The notes under the pieces: model-generated
What the model saw: the letters and a program-made list of their open reading frames with translations, nothing else
The model's database searches: none
Told to the model about the DNA's origin: nothing
Position numbers and translations under genes: made by a program
From: Nemertoderma westbladi
Lineage: Eukaryota > Animalia > Xenacoelomorpha
Length of the DNA: 64,000 nt
Reading direction: 5' to 3'
Assembly (NCBI GenBank): GCA_032718475.1
Contig: JAUCBJ010007104.1
Span: 1 to 64,000 of the forward strand
Shown here: one piece after another, positions 37,893 to 49,141 of the stretch
Layout of the letters: every line of letters begins with the position of its first letter
How positions within the stretch are numbered: the stretch's first letter is position 1

Positions 37893-40460
37893 AGAGGAAG
37901 AGATTGATAGAATCAACTGTGTCTTGTATATATAAATATCTGTATAATGTGTAAATCGGAAAACATATATATTGTACATACAATACTATATAACTGTATA
38001 TTTATTGTAATGTTTATTTAAAGTGTTTAGTGAGAAACAACGTATATAAACTTAATTAAGAATTCCTATAATTAATGCGCTAGTGCCAAATGATTACATG
38101 TGTAGGTTATATCTAGAAATATCAGTGTTGTGACCAGCAGGAGTCCGTAATAATTGCTCCATATTCATTTGTTAAAAATATAGCCATTATATTATTTAAA
38201 ATGAGGGCAGAGCAACATATAATAATAATCGTAAATTGATTTCCAATTAAGAAATATGTACCTTTATTTCTATCTCACAACTTATGCTAATTATAATATA
38301 TTAATACATGTTCAGGTTCGGGACTATCTAGGCCAACTATTAATTTTACTTTTATGTAGTTTTAGGTAAATTAGATTGACATAATACTTACGTATATCGT
38401 AAATGTCTATATTTAGGGACATAGTTTGATTGTTGTAGTATTTTTGTTATAAATTAAAATAATATATTTTCTGTTTTGTTTAATAATGTATAATATAAAT
38501 CCTTGTCATAATGACATTTTGGTTGTCATTCATCATCACCATAGTAACGGGCCAATGTAAAAAAAATATGCTAAGGTAAAATATACGAACCCCAAAAAAT
38601 AGTTTATTATTCAAAAATATTAAAATTACCATTAAGGACGTTTATTTTTATAATATATCTTGGAGTCAATTTACAATTTCAATTAAAACTCTAAAATTAC
38701 GGTTAAAGCTATGCTTGACTAATTAACAGAAGGTGCAACATGTTTATTGGCAATTTGGATTTGTATATTTGTGTGCATTTAGATTTAATATAAAATGGAT
38801 TAACTAAAAACTTAAATATTTTTTTAGTATATGTGTGTATGTTTTAATAACTAAAAATATATATTAGATATATATACTGTATATATATACTGTATATATA
38901 AATATGCATTAAATCGGATAATAAATATGTTGTATTAGATTACACTGTATTGGATTGATAATTACTTAATTAATTTCTTAATAATAATGAATAATAGTTT
39001 TGTATGTAACGTTAACGTATATCGTTGGATGTTATAGGAGTGACTGATAGTGACAAAACTAATTATTGCCTTGTATAAAACAGTCACTTATAGGTAGAAG
39101 GTAGAGTTTAGAAAATAACGTGTCAAGTTTAGACATAGATTAATTAATTAATTATGAATGAATGATATCAATACGCCTATGATATTTACCAGTCCAGTAT
39201 TTATTCAAAACTGAAACTGTTCATTTTAATTTTATTACTACAAACTGGCCAAAATGTTGTTGATATAAAGAAATTGAATCTCAAACATATCTTATGATAA
39301 AAATACATTTTTTATCATGTGATATTTGTAAAAAAAAAGTGTGAGAAGTAGTTAAATGACAGAGCGGGACTTGTAAATTGATTGGTGACATAAACAATAG
39401 TTAGTGGTATATAATACAATACATTCGTTTATATGAACAGTTAATCTTGTATGTTTAATGTCTTTTAACGGTGCTATCCGTATTTGTGCATTGGTATTTC
39501 CATTAATTAATATTGAAATATTGTAGAAGAAATTATTATAGTTTTCAATAACATTGGAAGATAATATTATTTAAATAAATATTATTAATCAGGAAGCCCA
39601 AACCGTACAAAATATTTAATAATTTTTGCAAATTTCAGCTTTTAAAATTATTTTAATAATAATAATAATAACAAGAATGCCAGCGAGTGGTGGTAATAAT
39701 GGACGGATCCATTGCTATCAATATTGTTGTGGTAATAATTTACGCGCCTATATGAAGGGAAGCCTAATAACGAAAAACGAAACATTGGACAAAGTACACA
39801 ATATAGTAAAAAATATATTGTATGTTAAAATAATACTGTTTGCAGGAAATGTATCTTCGCCTACAATTCTAAACGAAATAAAACGAAAATTTCGCATAAA
39901 GCATGTCCAATACATGCTCCCTATGGGGTATTGACAGAATTTTGATTGAGAAAATTATACGATTATGATCGGTCATTCTAGAATTAATTTCACTATTGCA
40001 AGGCAACCAACAGGTCCCTCGCAACCAAAACCTTGCATACACAAATAGGTCCGATAATGAACCTAACATCAAAGTTTCATCCAAGTCCATCAACATTAAG
40101 CGCAAGAAGTTGTGTGTATACAAACAAACACGTGTAAGAAATAAGAACATTGAGCATTGGATCTTGGACAAAGAACTTGGATCCGTTTGAAGTCCCAGAT
40201 GGCTCATAGCCATTTTGAAGGCCTACATTGTTTTATATTATATGAAACAAAATATGTGAGCCATAATGTAATATTTTGTGTTCAAATTGCATTACTGCAT
40301 TCCTTCAATTAAAATCAATTAAAGTAGCTGAACTATTAATAGCCAATTCAACCCAATGATATTAGTTGTATGCTATATTTAATTATATTTAAATGATATT
40401 TTATTCAATAAAAACTAAGTGAATTATTTGTATTTTCAAGGACTAATTACTAACGTAATC

Positions 40461-40627
40461 AGCAGCTTGGTCTGGTGGTGGCAATCCTGGGTTTCCAATC
40501 AGTAGGACTGGTTCGATCCATAGATGGGTCAGCTCTGTTTGGGCACAGTAATGCTTTAAACTAGCTCAACCCTGGCTTTCATCCTTGACTGGTCGATAAA
40601 TGAATGAGAAGCAAGGTAAGGTAATTC
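40461..40627 (+). mobile_element. tRNA-derived SINE head and core (same family as 20358), running directly into the 63-bp satellite
   Basis: A box tggtctggtgg at 40468, B box ggttcgatcc at 40510, then tagatggg..ctgtttggg..gctttcatcctt.actggtcgataaatg shared with the 20.4 kb copy. Confidence 0.75.
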
Positions 40628-43600
40628 GGGAAACATAGTGGAAGTGTTTACTGTCACCCACGGTTGTGAACAGGCATTCCTTTAGGAAACAGGGTGGAAT
40701 GGTTTACTGTGGACGATCACCCACGGTTGTGAACAGGCATTCCTTTAGGAAACAGGGTGGAATGGTTTACTGTGGAAGATTACCCATGATGGTGAACAGG
40801 CATTCCTTTATGAAACAGAGTGGAAGGGATTGGTTTACTGTGGAAAATTACCCATGGTTGTGAACAGGCATTCCTTTAGGAAACAAAGTGGAAGGGTTTA
40901 CTGTGGAAGATCAACCATGGTTGTGAACAGGCCTTCCTTTAGGAAACAGGATGGAATGGTTTACTGTGGAAGATCAACCATGGTTGTGAACAGGCACTCC
41001 TTTAGGAAACAGGGTGGAATGGTTTACTGTGGAAGATCACCCATGACGGTGAACAGGCATTCCTTTAGGAAACAGGGTGGAATGGTTTACTGTGGAAGAT
41101 CAACCATGGTTGTGAACAGGCATTCTTTTAGGAAACAGGGTTGAATGGTTTACTGTGGAAGATCACCCATGATGGTGAACAGGCATTGCTTTAGGAAACA
41201 GGGTGGAATGGTTTACTGTGGAAGATCAACCATGGTTGTGAACAGGCATTCCTTTAGGAAACAGGGTGGAATGGTTTACTGTGGAAGATCACCCATGGTT
41301 GTGAACAGGCATTCCTTTAGGAAATAGGGTGGAATGGTTTACTGTGGAAGATTACCCATGATGGTGAACAGGCATTCCTTTAGGTAGCAGGGTGGAATGG
41401 TTTACTGTGGAAGATCACCCATGGTTATGAACAGGCATTCCTTTAGGAAACAAAGTGGAAGGGTTTACTGTGGAAGATCAACCATGGTTGTGAACAGGCA
41501 TTCCTTTAGGAAACAGGGTGGAATGGTTTACTTTGGAAGATCACCCATGGTTGTGAACAGGCATTCCTTTAGGAAACAGAGTGCAAGGGATTGGTTTACT
41601 GTGGAAGATTACCCATGGTTGTGAACAGGCATTCCTTTAGGAAACAGGGTGGAATGGTTTACTGTGGAAGATTACCCATGGTTGTGAACAGGCATTCCTT
41701 TAGGAAACAGGGTGGAATGGTTTACTGTGGAAGATCACCCATGGTTGTGAACAGGCATTCCTTTAGGAAACAGGGTGGAATGGTTTACTGTGGAAGATTA
41801 CCCATGGTGGTGAACAGGATTCCTTTAGGTAACAGGGTGGAATGGTTTACTGTGGAAGATCACCCATGGTGGTGAACAGGCATTCCTTTAGGAAACAGGG
41901 TGAAATGGTTTAATGTGGAAGATTACCCATGATGGTGAACAGGCATTCCTTTAGGTAGCAGGGTGGAATGGTTTACTGTGGACGATCACCCATGGTTGTG
42001 AACAGGCATTCCTTTAGGAAACAGGGTGGAATGGTTTACTGTGGAAGATTACCCATGGTGGTGAACAGGCATTCCTTTAGGTAACAGGGTGGAATGGTTT
42101 ACTGTGGAAGATCACCCATGGTTGTGAACAGGCATTCCTTTAGGAAACAGGGTGGAATGGTTTACTGTGGAAGATCAACCATGGTTGTGAACAGGCACTC
42201 CTTTAGGAAACAGGGTGGAATGGTTTACTGTGGAAGATCACCCATGATGGTGAACAGGCATTCCTTTAGGTAGCAGGGTGGAATGGTTTACTGAGGAAGA
42301 TTACCCATGGTTGTGAACAGGCATTCCTTTAGGAAACAGGGTGGAATGGTTTACTGTGGAAGATTACCCATGATGGTGAACAGGCATTCCTTTAGGTAGC
42401 AGGGTGGAATGGTTTACTGTGGAAGATTACCCATGATGGTGAACAGGCATTCCTTTAGGAAACAGAGTGGAAGTGTTTGAGGAAGATCACCCATATGGTG
42501 GTGATCAGGTATTCCTTTGGGAAACAGAGTGGAAGGGTTTACTGTGGAAGATCACCCATTGTGGTGAACAGGCATTCCTTTAGGAAACAGGAAGGAATGG
42601 TTTACTGTGGAAGATCACCCATGGTGGTGAACAGGCATTCCTTTAGGAAACAGGGTGGAAGTGTTTACTGTGGAAGATCACCCATGGTGGTGAACAGGCA
42701 TTCCATTAGGAAACAGAGTGGAAGTGTTTACTGTGGAAGATCACCCATGGTGGTGAACAGGTATACTTTTGGGAAACAAAGTGGAAGTGTTTACTGTGGA
42801 AGATCACCCATGGTGGTGAACAGGTATTTCTTTGGGAAACAGAGTGGAAGGGTTTACTGTGGAAGATCAGCCATGGTGATGAACAGGCATTCCTTTAGGA
42901 AACAGGGTGGAATGGTTTACTGTGGAAGATCACCCATGGTGGTGAACAGGCATTCCTTTAGGAAGCAGAGGGGAAGTGTTTACTGTGGAAGATCACCCAT
43001 AGTGATGAACAGGTATTATTTTGGGAAACAGAGTGGAGGGGTTTACTGTGGAAGATCACCCATGGTGGTGAACAGGCATTCCTTTGGGAAACAGAGCGAA
43101 AGGGTTTACTGTGGAAGATCACCCATGGTGGTGAACTGGCATTCCTTTAGGAAACAGGGTGGAATGGTTTACTGTGGAAGATCACCCATGGTGGTGAACA
43201 GGCATTCCTTTAGGAAACAGAGTTGAAGGAGGGTTTACTGTGGAAGATCACCCATGGTGGTAAACAGGCATTCCTTTAGGAAAGAAATTGGAAGGGTTTA
43301 CTGTGGAAGATCACCCATGCTGGTGAACAGGCATTCCTTTAGGAAACAGAGTGGAAGTGTTTACTGTGGAAGATCACCCATGGTGGGGTGGTGAACAGGT
43401 ATTATTTTGGGAAACAGAGTGGAAGGGTTTAGGTGAACAGGCATTCCTTTGGGAAACAGAGCGAAAGGGTTTACTGTGGAAGATCACCCATGGTGGTGAA
43501 CAGGCATTCCTTAAGGAAACAGAGTGGATGGGTTTACTGTGGAAGATCGCCCATGGTGGTGAACAGGCATTCCTTTAGGAAACAGAGTGGAAGTGTTTAC

Positions 43601-44287
43601 TGTGGAAGATCACCCATGGTGGTGAACAGGTAATAATTTGGGAAACAGAGTGGAAGTGTTTACTGTGGAAGATCACCCATGGTGGTGAACAGGCATTCCT
43701 TTGGGAAACAGAGCGAAAGTGTTTACTGTGGAAGATCACCCATGGTGGTGAACAGGCATTCCTTTGGGAAACAGAGCGAAAGGGTTTACTGTGGAAGATC
43801 ACCCATGGTGGTGAACTGGCCTTCCTTTAGGAAACAGTGTGGAATGGTTTACTGTGGAAGATCACCCATGGTGGTGAACAGGTATTCCTTTAGGAAACAG
43901 AGTGGAATGGTTTACTGTGGAAGATCACCCATGGTGGTGAACTGGCCTTCCTTTAGGAAACAGTGTGGAATGGTTTACTGTGGAAGATCACCCATGGTGG
44001 TGAACAGGTATTCCTTTAGGAAACAGTGTGGAATGGTTTACTGTGGAAGATCACCCATGGTGGTGAACAGGTATTCCTTTAGGAAACAGAGTGGAATGGT
44101 TTACTGTGGAAGATCACCCATGGTGGTGAACTGGCCTTCCTTTAGGAAACAGTGTGGAATGGTTTACTGTGGAAGATCACCCATGGTGGTGAACAGGTAT
44201 TCCTTTAGGAAACAGAGTGGAAGGGTTTACTGTGGAAGATCACCCATGGTGGTGAACAGGCATTCCTTTAGGAAACAGAGTGGAAGG
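40628..44287. repeat. 63-bp tandem satellite, ~58 copies, SINE-derived
   Basis: tttaggaaacag(g/a)gtggaa(t/g)ggtttactgtggaagatcacccatggt(t/g)gtgaacaggcattcc. Confidence 0.97.
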
Positions 44288-45439
44288 ATTATCGTCTAAA
44301 TTCGGCTCAATATCGCACATTTGTTTTACTGATGGAAAGCACACATGACTCTAAAATGACTTCCGTTGGACTTGTTGACATAAAGGAATGCTGTTCACGT
44401 TAAACAATTTTATTTGCATACAATATTTAGTCCCGTCACTGCAAACTGGATAATAAAGCTGCACTCATTAACATAAATGGAAATAATACATTCTGGAATA
44501 CGGTAATTTATGTTGTTTCACCATGTTATTGATTACTTTGCAGCGTTAAGAGTAATTCACCAAAACGCTGATAAGTTGACATTGTAACAAAAATTCTGAC
44601 TCACCCATGGAAGATGAGTTGTGTAACTATTACCATTTGAAGTTTCATGAAATCTCATAACCCTGAATAACGGCACTATATTCCAGGACATGGTGTATAG
44701 AAAGAGTCTCAGGGCGTAAAGATAGCAGGGCTAGGAGATTAGACTAGGAACGGACCACGTTAGGTTGAGCAGCCCCTTTATAACACTGGAAGCCCAAAGA
44801 TTATACAAAATCCAAAACTATCACTAATCCATCCATCAATAAAACCATCCCAGTCAGGAATCCTTAGAGGGCGACCTGCTGAGATTCCCCCTTGGCTAAT
44901 ATCAACAACTTAAACGGGACTCGTTCAGGAGACGTGCACAAGTCCATTACTGAGGATACTTCCTACAGCTATAAATGCCGCATTGTTTCTATTGGGAGCT
45001 CAACAGCACTTCTAACCACCCATAAAGTTCCTTATTAATGAACTAATTTTGCAATCAATTAAATTAAATTGCCAGTAATTTTTTCGATGGATCACTAGAA
45101 GTACTCATTTGCAATTTGGCCTTGATTATCGTGGCCTGACACTAAACTGAAAACGCTTTGCACCTAGAGCAAATTACACTAAAAATTAATAACTACATAC
45201 TGAAATATAATTTTTAAGCGTTATGACCCGAGTGTATTATATGACGAGCGAGCGCAACGAGGGAGATTTACATAAAAACAAAACAAGGGCCTTTAGCGCT
45301 GATTCAGTGATGTAAGTAAATTTTGTTACACCATTTATTTTTGTTTTATATTAATTAAGAAATCAAAGTAAAAAACTAAAAAAGTGAAAATTTAAAAATT
45401 AAATAATGTGGGAAAATTTTTGTTCTCACTATCAGCTCT

Positions 45440-45551
45440 CGCAAGCAAGCAAACAGTCGGCCGAAGCCGGAGGCGACCCGAAGGCTCCTCTTTCGATAGC
45501 TGCTACCCGAGGGTAGGGGTGGGCGCTACTCCTATCCCAAGATTTGCTCCC
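45440..45551 (-). mobile_element. 3' tail fragment of an RTE-related SINE/LINE
   Basis: gcaagcaagc tail plus ggcgacccgaaggctcc..tttcgatagctgctacc.gagg.taggggtgggcgctactcct.tccc resembles, from memory, RTE-partnered SINE tails of invertebrates. A shorter similar piece (gggagtagcgccct) lies at ~19263. Confidence 0.55.
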
Positions 45552-46665
45552 AGTTATTTAACTGGTAATCAGCTGTCGACTCTATATTTATTTACCTCAT
45601 TTGAATAGTGAAAAAGGGGTGTAAGAAATGTAATAAACGATTCGAATTTAATGACTGTATATTATACCGGTCAATTAATTATATGTATTTGCATATACCC
45701 CTTTCCATATATTAACAATTAAAAAGACCCCAGGAAAAATATATTATGAATGAAATAAAAAGATTCATCTCCACCAGTGCTACACGTATTCGTATACATT
45801 ACAGTAACTCAACTCACCCTAAATCTAAGGACACTCGCAAATTTCCAGACTCACAGGGCCAGGGGTCTAGTAATGCGATGCTATGATTGGCTAATACTGA
45901 AACTCATTAAAACTCGACTAATATAAAACGAAATGTTTCAATTCTCGTTAGACATCACCACATCCCACACAATGAGTATTTATTAGAAGAAGAAAATAAT
46001 AAGTGTGCAACATTCTGGGTTTTACAATGAGGACATCAGGCTATTACATTCTGATTATTTTACAATGACATTTAATGATTTTTCACAGAATGTAGCGGGC
46101 TACTTTAACATACTATGTAATATGCTTTTTGCCATCTAATTTAGGGAATCTAATACGGGAATAACAATCACTTATTTTACAACATCTGCAGTAGCTAGCT
46201 ACTAAAAGTACCCAGATGTATTGCGGCTCCTTACAAGTCTAGTTGTCTGTTTCGCAAATAAATGACAAATGTAATAAATAATTATATTTCATATTAATTA
46301 ATTGCTAACACTTCCGCCCAAACACCCACATACCGAAACACACCTTATGTGAAATGAACGCACCTATAAAGTATAAGTTGAATTGAATGATTGGGCCAAT
46401 TAATTTTATGTAACAAACAGATACCGGTAGCTGATTACCAGTGATAAATTAAACTTTAACCTGTGCGCCATTGACAATCGTTTATTGTTTTGGTTTTAAT
46501 AGCATGCCACTGAAACTTATTCCTTTCCATTATTATAATTACTAACATTATTAGTTAGCCGAGAAATTAATTCGCCGAGATTAAATTTGTATCAACCCCC
46601 CCGCCCGCCCTTCTCCATGTTCACACTTTGAGATTGACCTACGGCACCACCAGTCCTCCCGTGCG

Positions 46666-47802
46666 CTACAATTTTAACCGACGGACATCTTCGGAGAGGA
46701 ACTCAACCCTGAGATTCAACGTCTGCCGCGCCTCCACCGGGCTGAGTCGCCACACAAACCCGGAATTCGGCCCCCAGTACTCGTGGACCTCGGAGAGTCT
46801 CTCGAGATTCAACAGAGTCGCCATCTGGCTGAGACGCGAGAACTTATCTCTGGCGGACCAGGTGGTCGCGGAGCTGAGGTAGGCGGTGAGCGAACGAACC
46901 TCCCGGTCGAACTGCAGCCCGCCGAGTCGGTTAAACCGCGACTTAACCACGGATCGCTCCAACAGAATAACCACCTCGGAAGTCAACGACGATATAAAAC
47001 CATCGAATATCCTCGGGAGTAAACTCTCTCGGAAGGTCGCGATCAGCGCGTCGAGATTCCCCATGAAGGACTCAACCCACGGATTGCCGGACTCCGACTC
47101 CAGGAACTCTTCCTCCGTCAGCTCCCGATTAACCTCGTTGAACGACTCGACCCACGGCTTTATCTGCGGGCGGATCGCCGAAGACATCAACAACGAGACT
47201 CCGAACTCAACCAACTCGTTAAACTTCACCCCGACTGCGGCGAAATCTGCGAGACAACTATGGAACTTCGCGTCGTTCTGGTCGCCTTCCAGACGAACTT
47301 TAAGGAATTCCTCCTCAAGCGATCGCTTCATCGTAGCCGCGTATTCCGCGCAAGTAGCCGCGTTATTCAACGCGAGGAGGAACGCGGTCTTCGCCTTGAC
47401 CATGGACTCGGTCGAACCGGCGGTGAACTTCCCCTGAGCGAATCCGCTCTGCAGCACCGCGAACGTGTGGTCCAGCAGCCCCGACGGGAACCCAACACGG
47501 ATACTCGCGTACAGAACCTCCCGGAGATCCGATTCGATTAGACTCGTCGCGTGGTTGCACATGGCGCAGGTCGCGTCGATGGAGGAGCTAGAGAGAGCGC
47601 GGTTCAAACACTTCTTAACGATAAAGAAAGTATCGTCCACCATGCTCGAGGATAGGGATGTGTCGTCGTTTAGCTCGACGGCCTTGTAGAAAGATTCCCG
47701 TTGGAAGTATTCCTCCAAGGGAATGTAACCGCCTATAAGTTCCTGCATCGTTCGACTGAGTTTGCAATCCAATAAAAGTCCCTCTAGTTTCCCGAGTTCC
47801 TC
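46666..47802 (-). CDS. COG4: Conserved oligomeric Golgi complex subunit 4, exon 2 (C-terminal)
   Basis: taatttag|GAGGAA; CKLSRTMQELIGGYIPLEEYF, SSMVDDTFFIVKKC, FNRLGGLQFDREVRSL, RDKFSRLSQMATLLNLE, WRLSPVEARQTL...EDVRRLKL*. Confidence 0.95.
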   Translation of the reverse strand, partial: EELGKLEGLLLDCKLSRTMQELIGGYIPLEEYFQRESFYKAVELNDDTSLSSSMVDDTFFIVKKCLNRALSSSSIDATCAMCNHATSLIESDLREVLYASIRVGFPSGLLDHTFAVLQSGFAQGKFTAGSTESMVKAKTAFLLALNNAATCAEYAATMKRSLEEEFLKVRLEGDQNDAKFHSCLADFAAVGVKFNELVEFGVSLLMSSAIRPQIKPWVESFNEVNRELTEEEFLESESGNPWVESFMGNLDALIATFRESLLPRIFDGFISSLTSEVVILLERSVVKSRFNRLGGLQFDREVRSLTAYLSSATTWSARDKFSRLSQMATLLNLERLSEVHEYWGPNSGFVWRLSPVEARQTLNLRVEFLSEDVRRLKL

Positions 47803-48073
47803 CTAAATTAAATTTTATTTATTAAATAATATTATTAATCGCACGATTACGAACGGTACTACACACAGTAATATAGCACACTAGCTCAGCTAACATAGAA
47901 GGTCTACAGTATCACATTTATTATTTTTTTTCCTTTGCTACTAAATAACTTATATCGATATCAATCTGTCAATTAATTATAAATATTTTGTCAACTTAAA
48001 TACAGTAGAAACCCGGTGCCTTGGAATGAAACTAAATATGTGTTGTGTAGCAATAAATTATTATATAATTCAC

Positions 48074-49141
48074 CTGTTTGGATTCCAGGCCCTCCAGATT
48101 AGCTGTAACTTTAATCCGAATAAAATTCAGAAACATCGAGGTTCTAGAATTGAGTAGCGCTGCTTCGGACAGCACTGGATCGAGTTGTCGGGGGTCGGGT
48201 CTGTCGGTCGTCCTACTCGATGCGACGGCGCTCAACGACTCGGTCCAACCGGATCTGGTCTGGAACGCCTCGACAATCGAACGGGACTGGCCGTCGACCT
48301 CTATCTGCAGAGGGCGAACGATGGCCAACAGGTGCCCCGGCCCGTAGTACGTGTCTACTAGAGGCTGCTCGCGATCAATAACCCGGGCCACGTCCTCGAA
48401 TAAAGCCGTGAGTAAACCGGCGTAACTCCCCGGAGAACCGCCGGCGAGATGGAGTTTCTCCGCGCACCGCCGGGAGATCGTACGACGCAAGTATTCCGCG
48501 AACCGAGCCATGCCTTCAGCGTGCTGGTTAATCAACGGGAAAATCTTAAAAAATCGATTAATTGATGCTAAATCGTTGCTTTCGATAGCTGCGTCGAATT
48601 TATCCGCTACTATTTGTTTAAGTTTATTTTCTGCTTCGTGGAGGAGTTTGAAGGAATCCTCGAATCTATCGGTTTGGTCCGGGGCAGCGCGTATAAGCGT
48701 GGTTTCGTCCAGACCGAGGTAGCGGTGTATGTGGCCCGCGGCCTGTTCGTAAGCACCCGAATCCAACGCGGATTGGATCCCCTCCGTGCTGAGTTTTAGA
48801 TCGAGGACGTCGTCCGCGCGATGCATCGCCTCGGTACAACGGCATCGCGCCGTGTCGAGAGCTCGGACCTTCCCGCTCACCGTGTCCGCGAGTTTGTGGG
48901 TCCCTTCTACCCTGGTTGCCAAGGCGACGGCGTCCGAGTGAATGTCCCCCAGTTTAGGAAGAGTTTCGTAAAGTTGTTTCATTCTTCTCTCCAATGCATT
49001 TCGTCCGGTTAATACTTCTTTGAGTTGATCGCTCAAATAGTCGTTGTAAACGTCGAGTTGCTTTAGAGCCTCGTCGATGTCTTCTATTGATGTAAGATTG
49101 ACCATAACTTCAGAGTCGGGGATATTGGTAACATTATCCAT
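48074..49141 (-). CDS. COG4: COG4 exon 1 (N-terminal; ATG at 49141 or possibly 49177)
   Basis: VSGKVRALDTAR, DVLDLK...YEQAAGHIHRYLGLD, RFFKIFPLINQHAEG, LTALFEDVA...QPLVDTYYGPG; donor CAG|gtgaat in phase 0. Spliced product ~734 aa. Confidence 0.93.

Noticed and set aside
40666-44299. 21-aa repeat ORFs (MVYCGRSPMVVNRHSFRKQGG)
   Set aside because: By-product of a 63-bp SINE-derived unit; interrupted by stops and frameshifts.
46628-49012. Plus-strand ORFs overlapping COG4 (likewise those over INPP4 and the BEL element)
   Set aside because: Antisense shadows of GC-rich coding exons.
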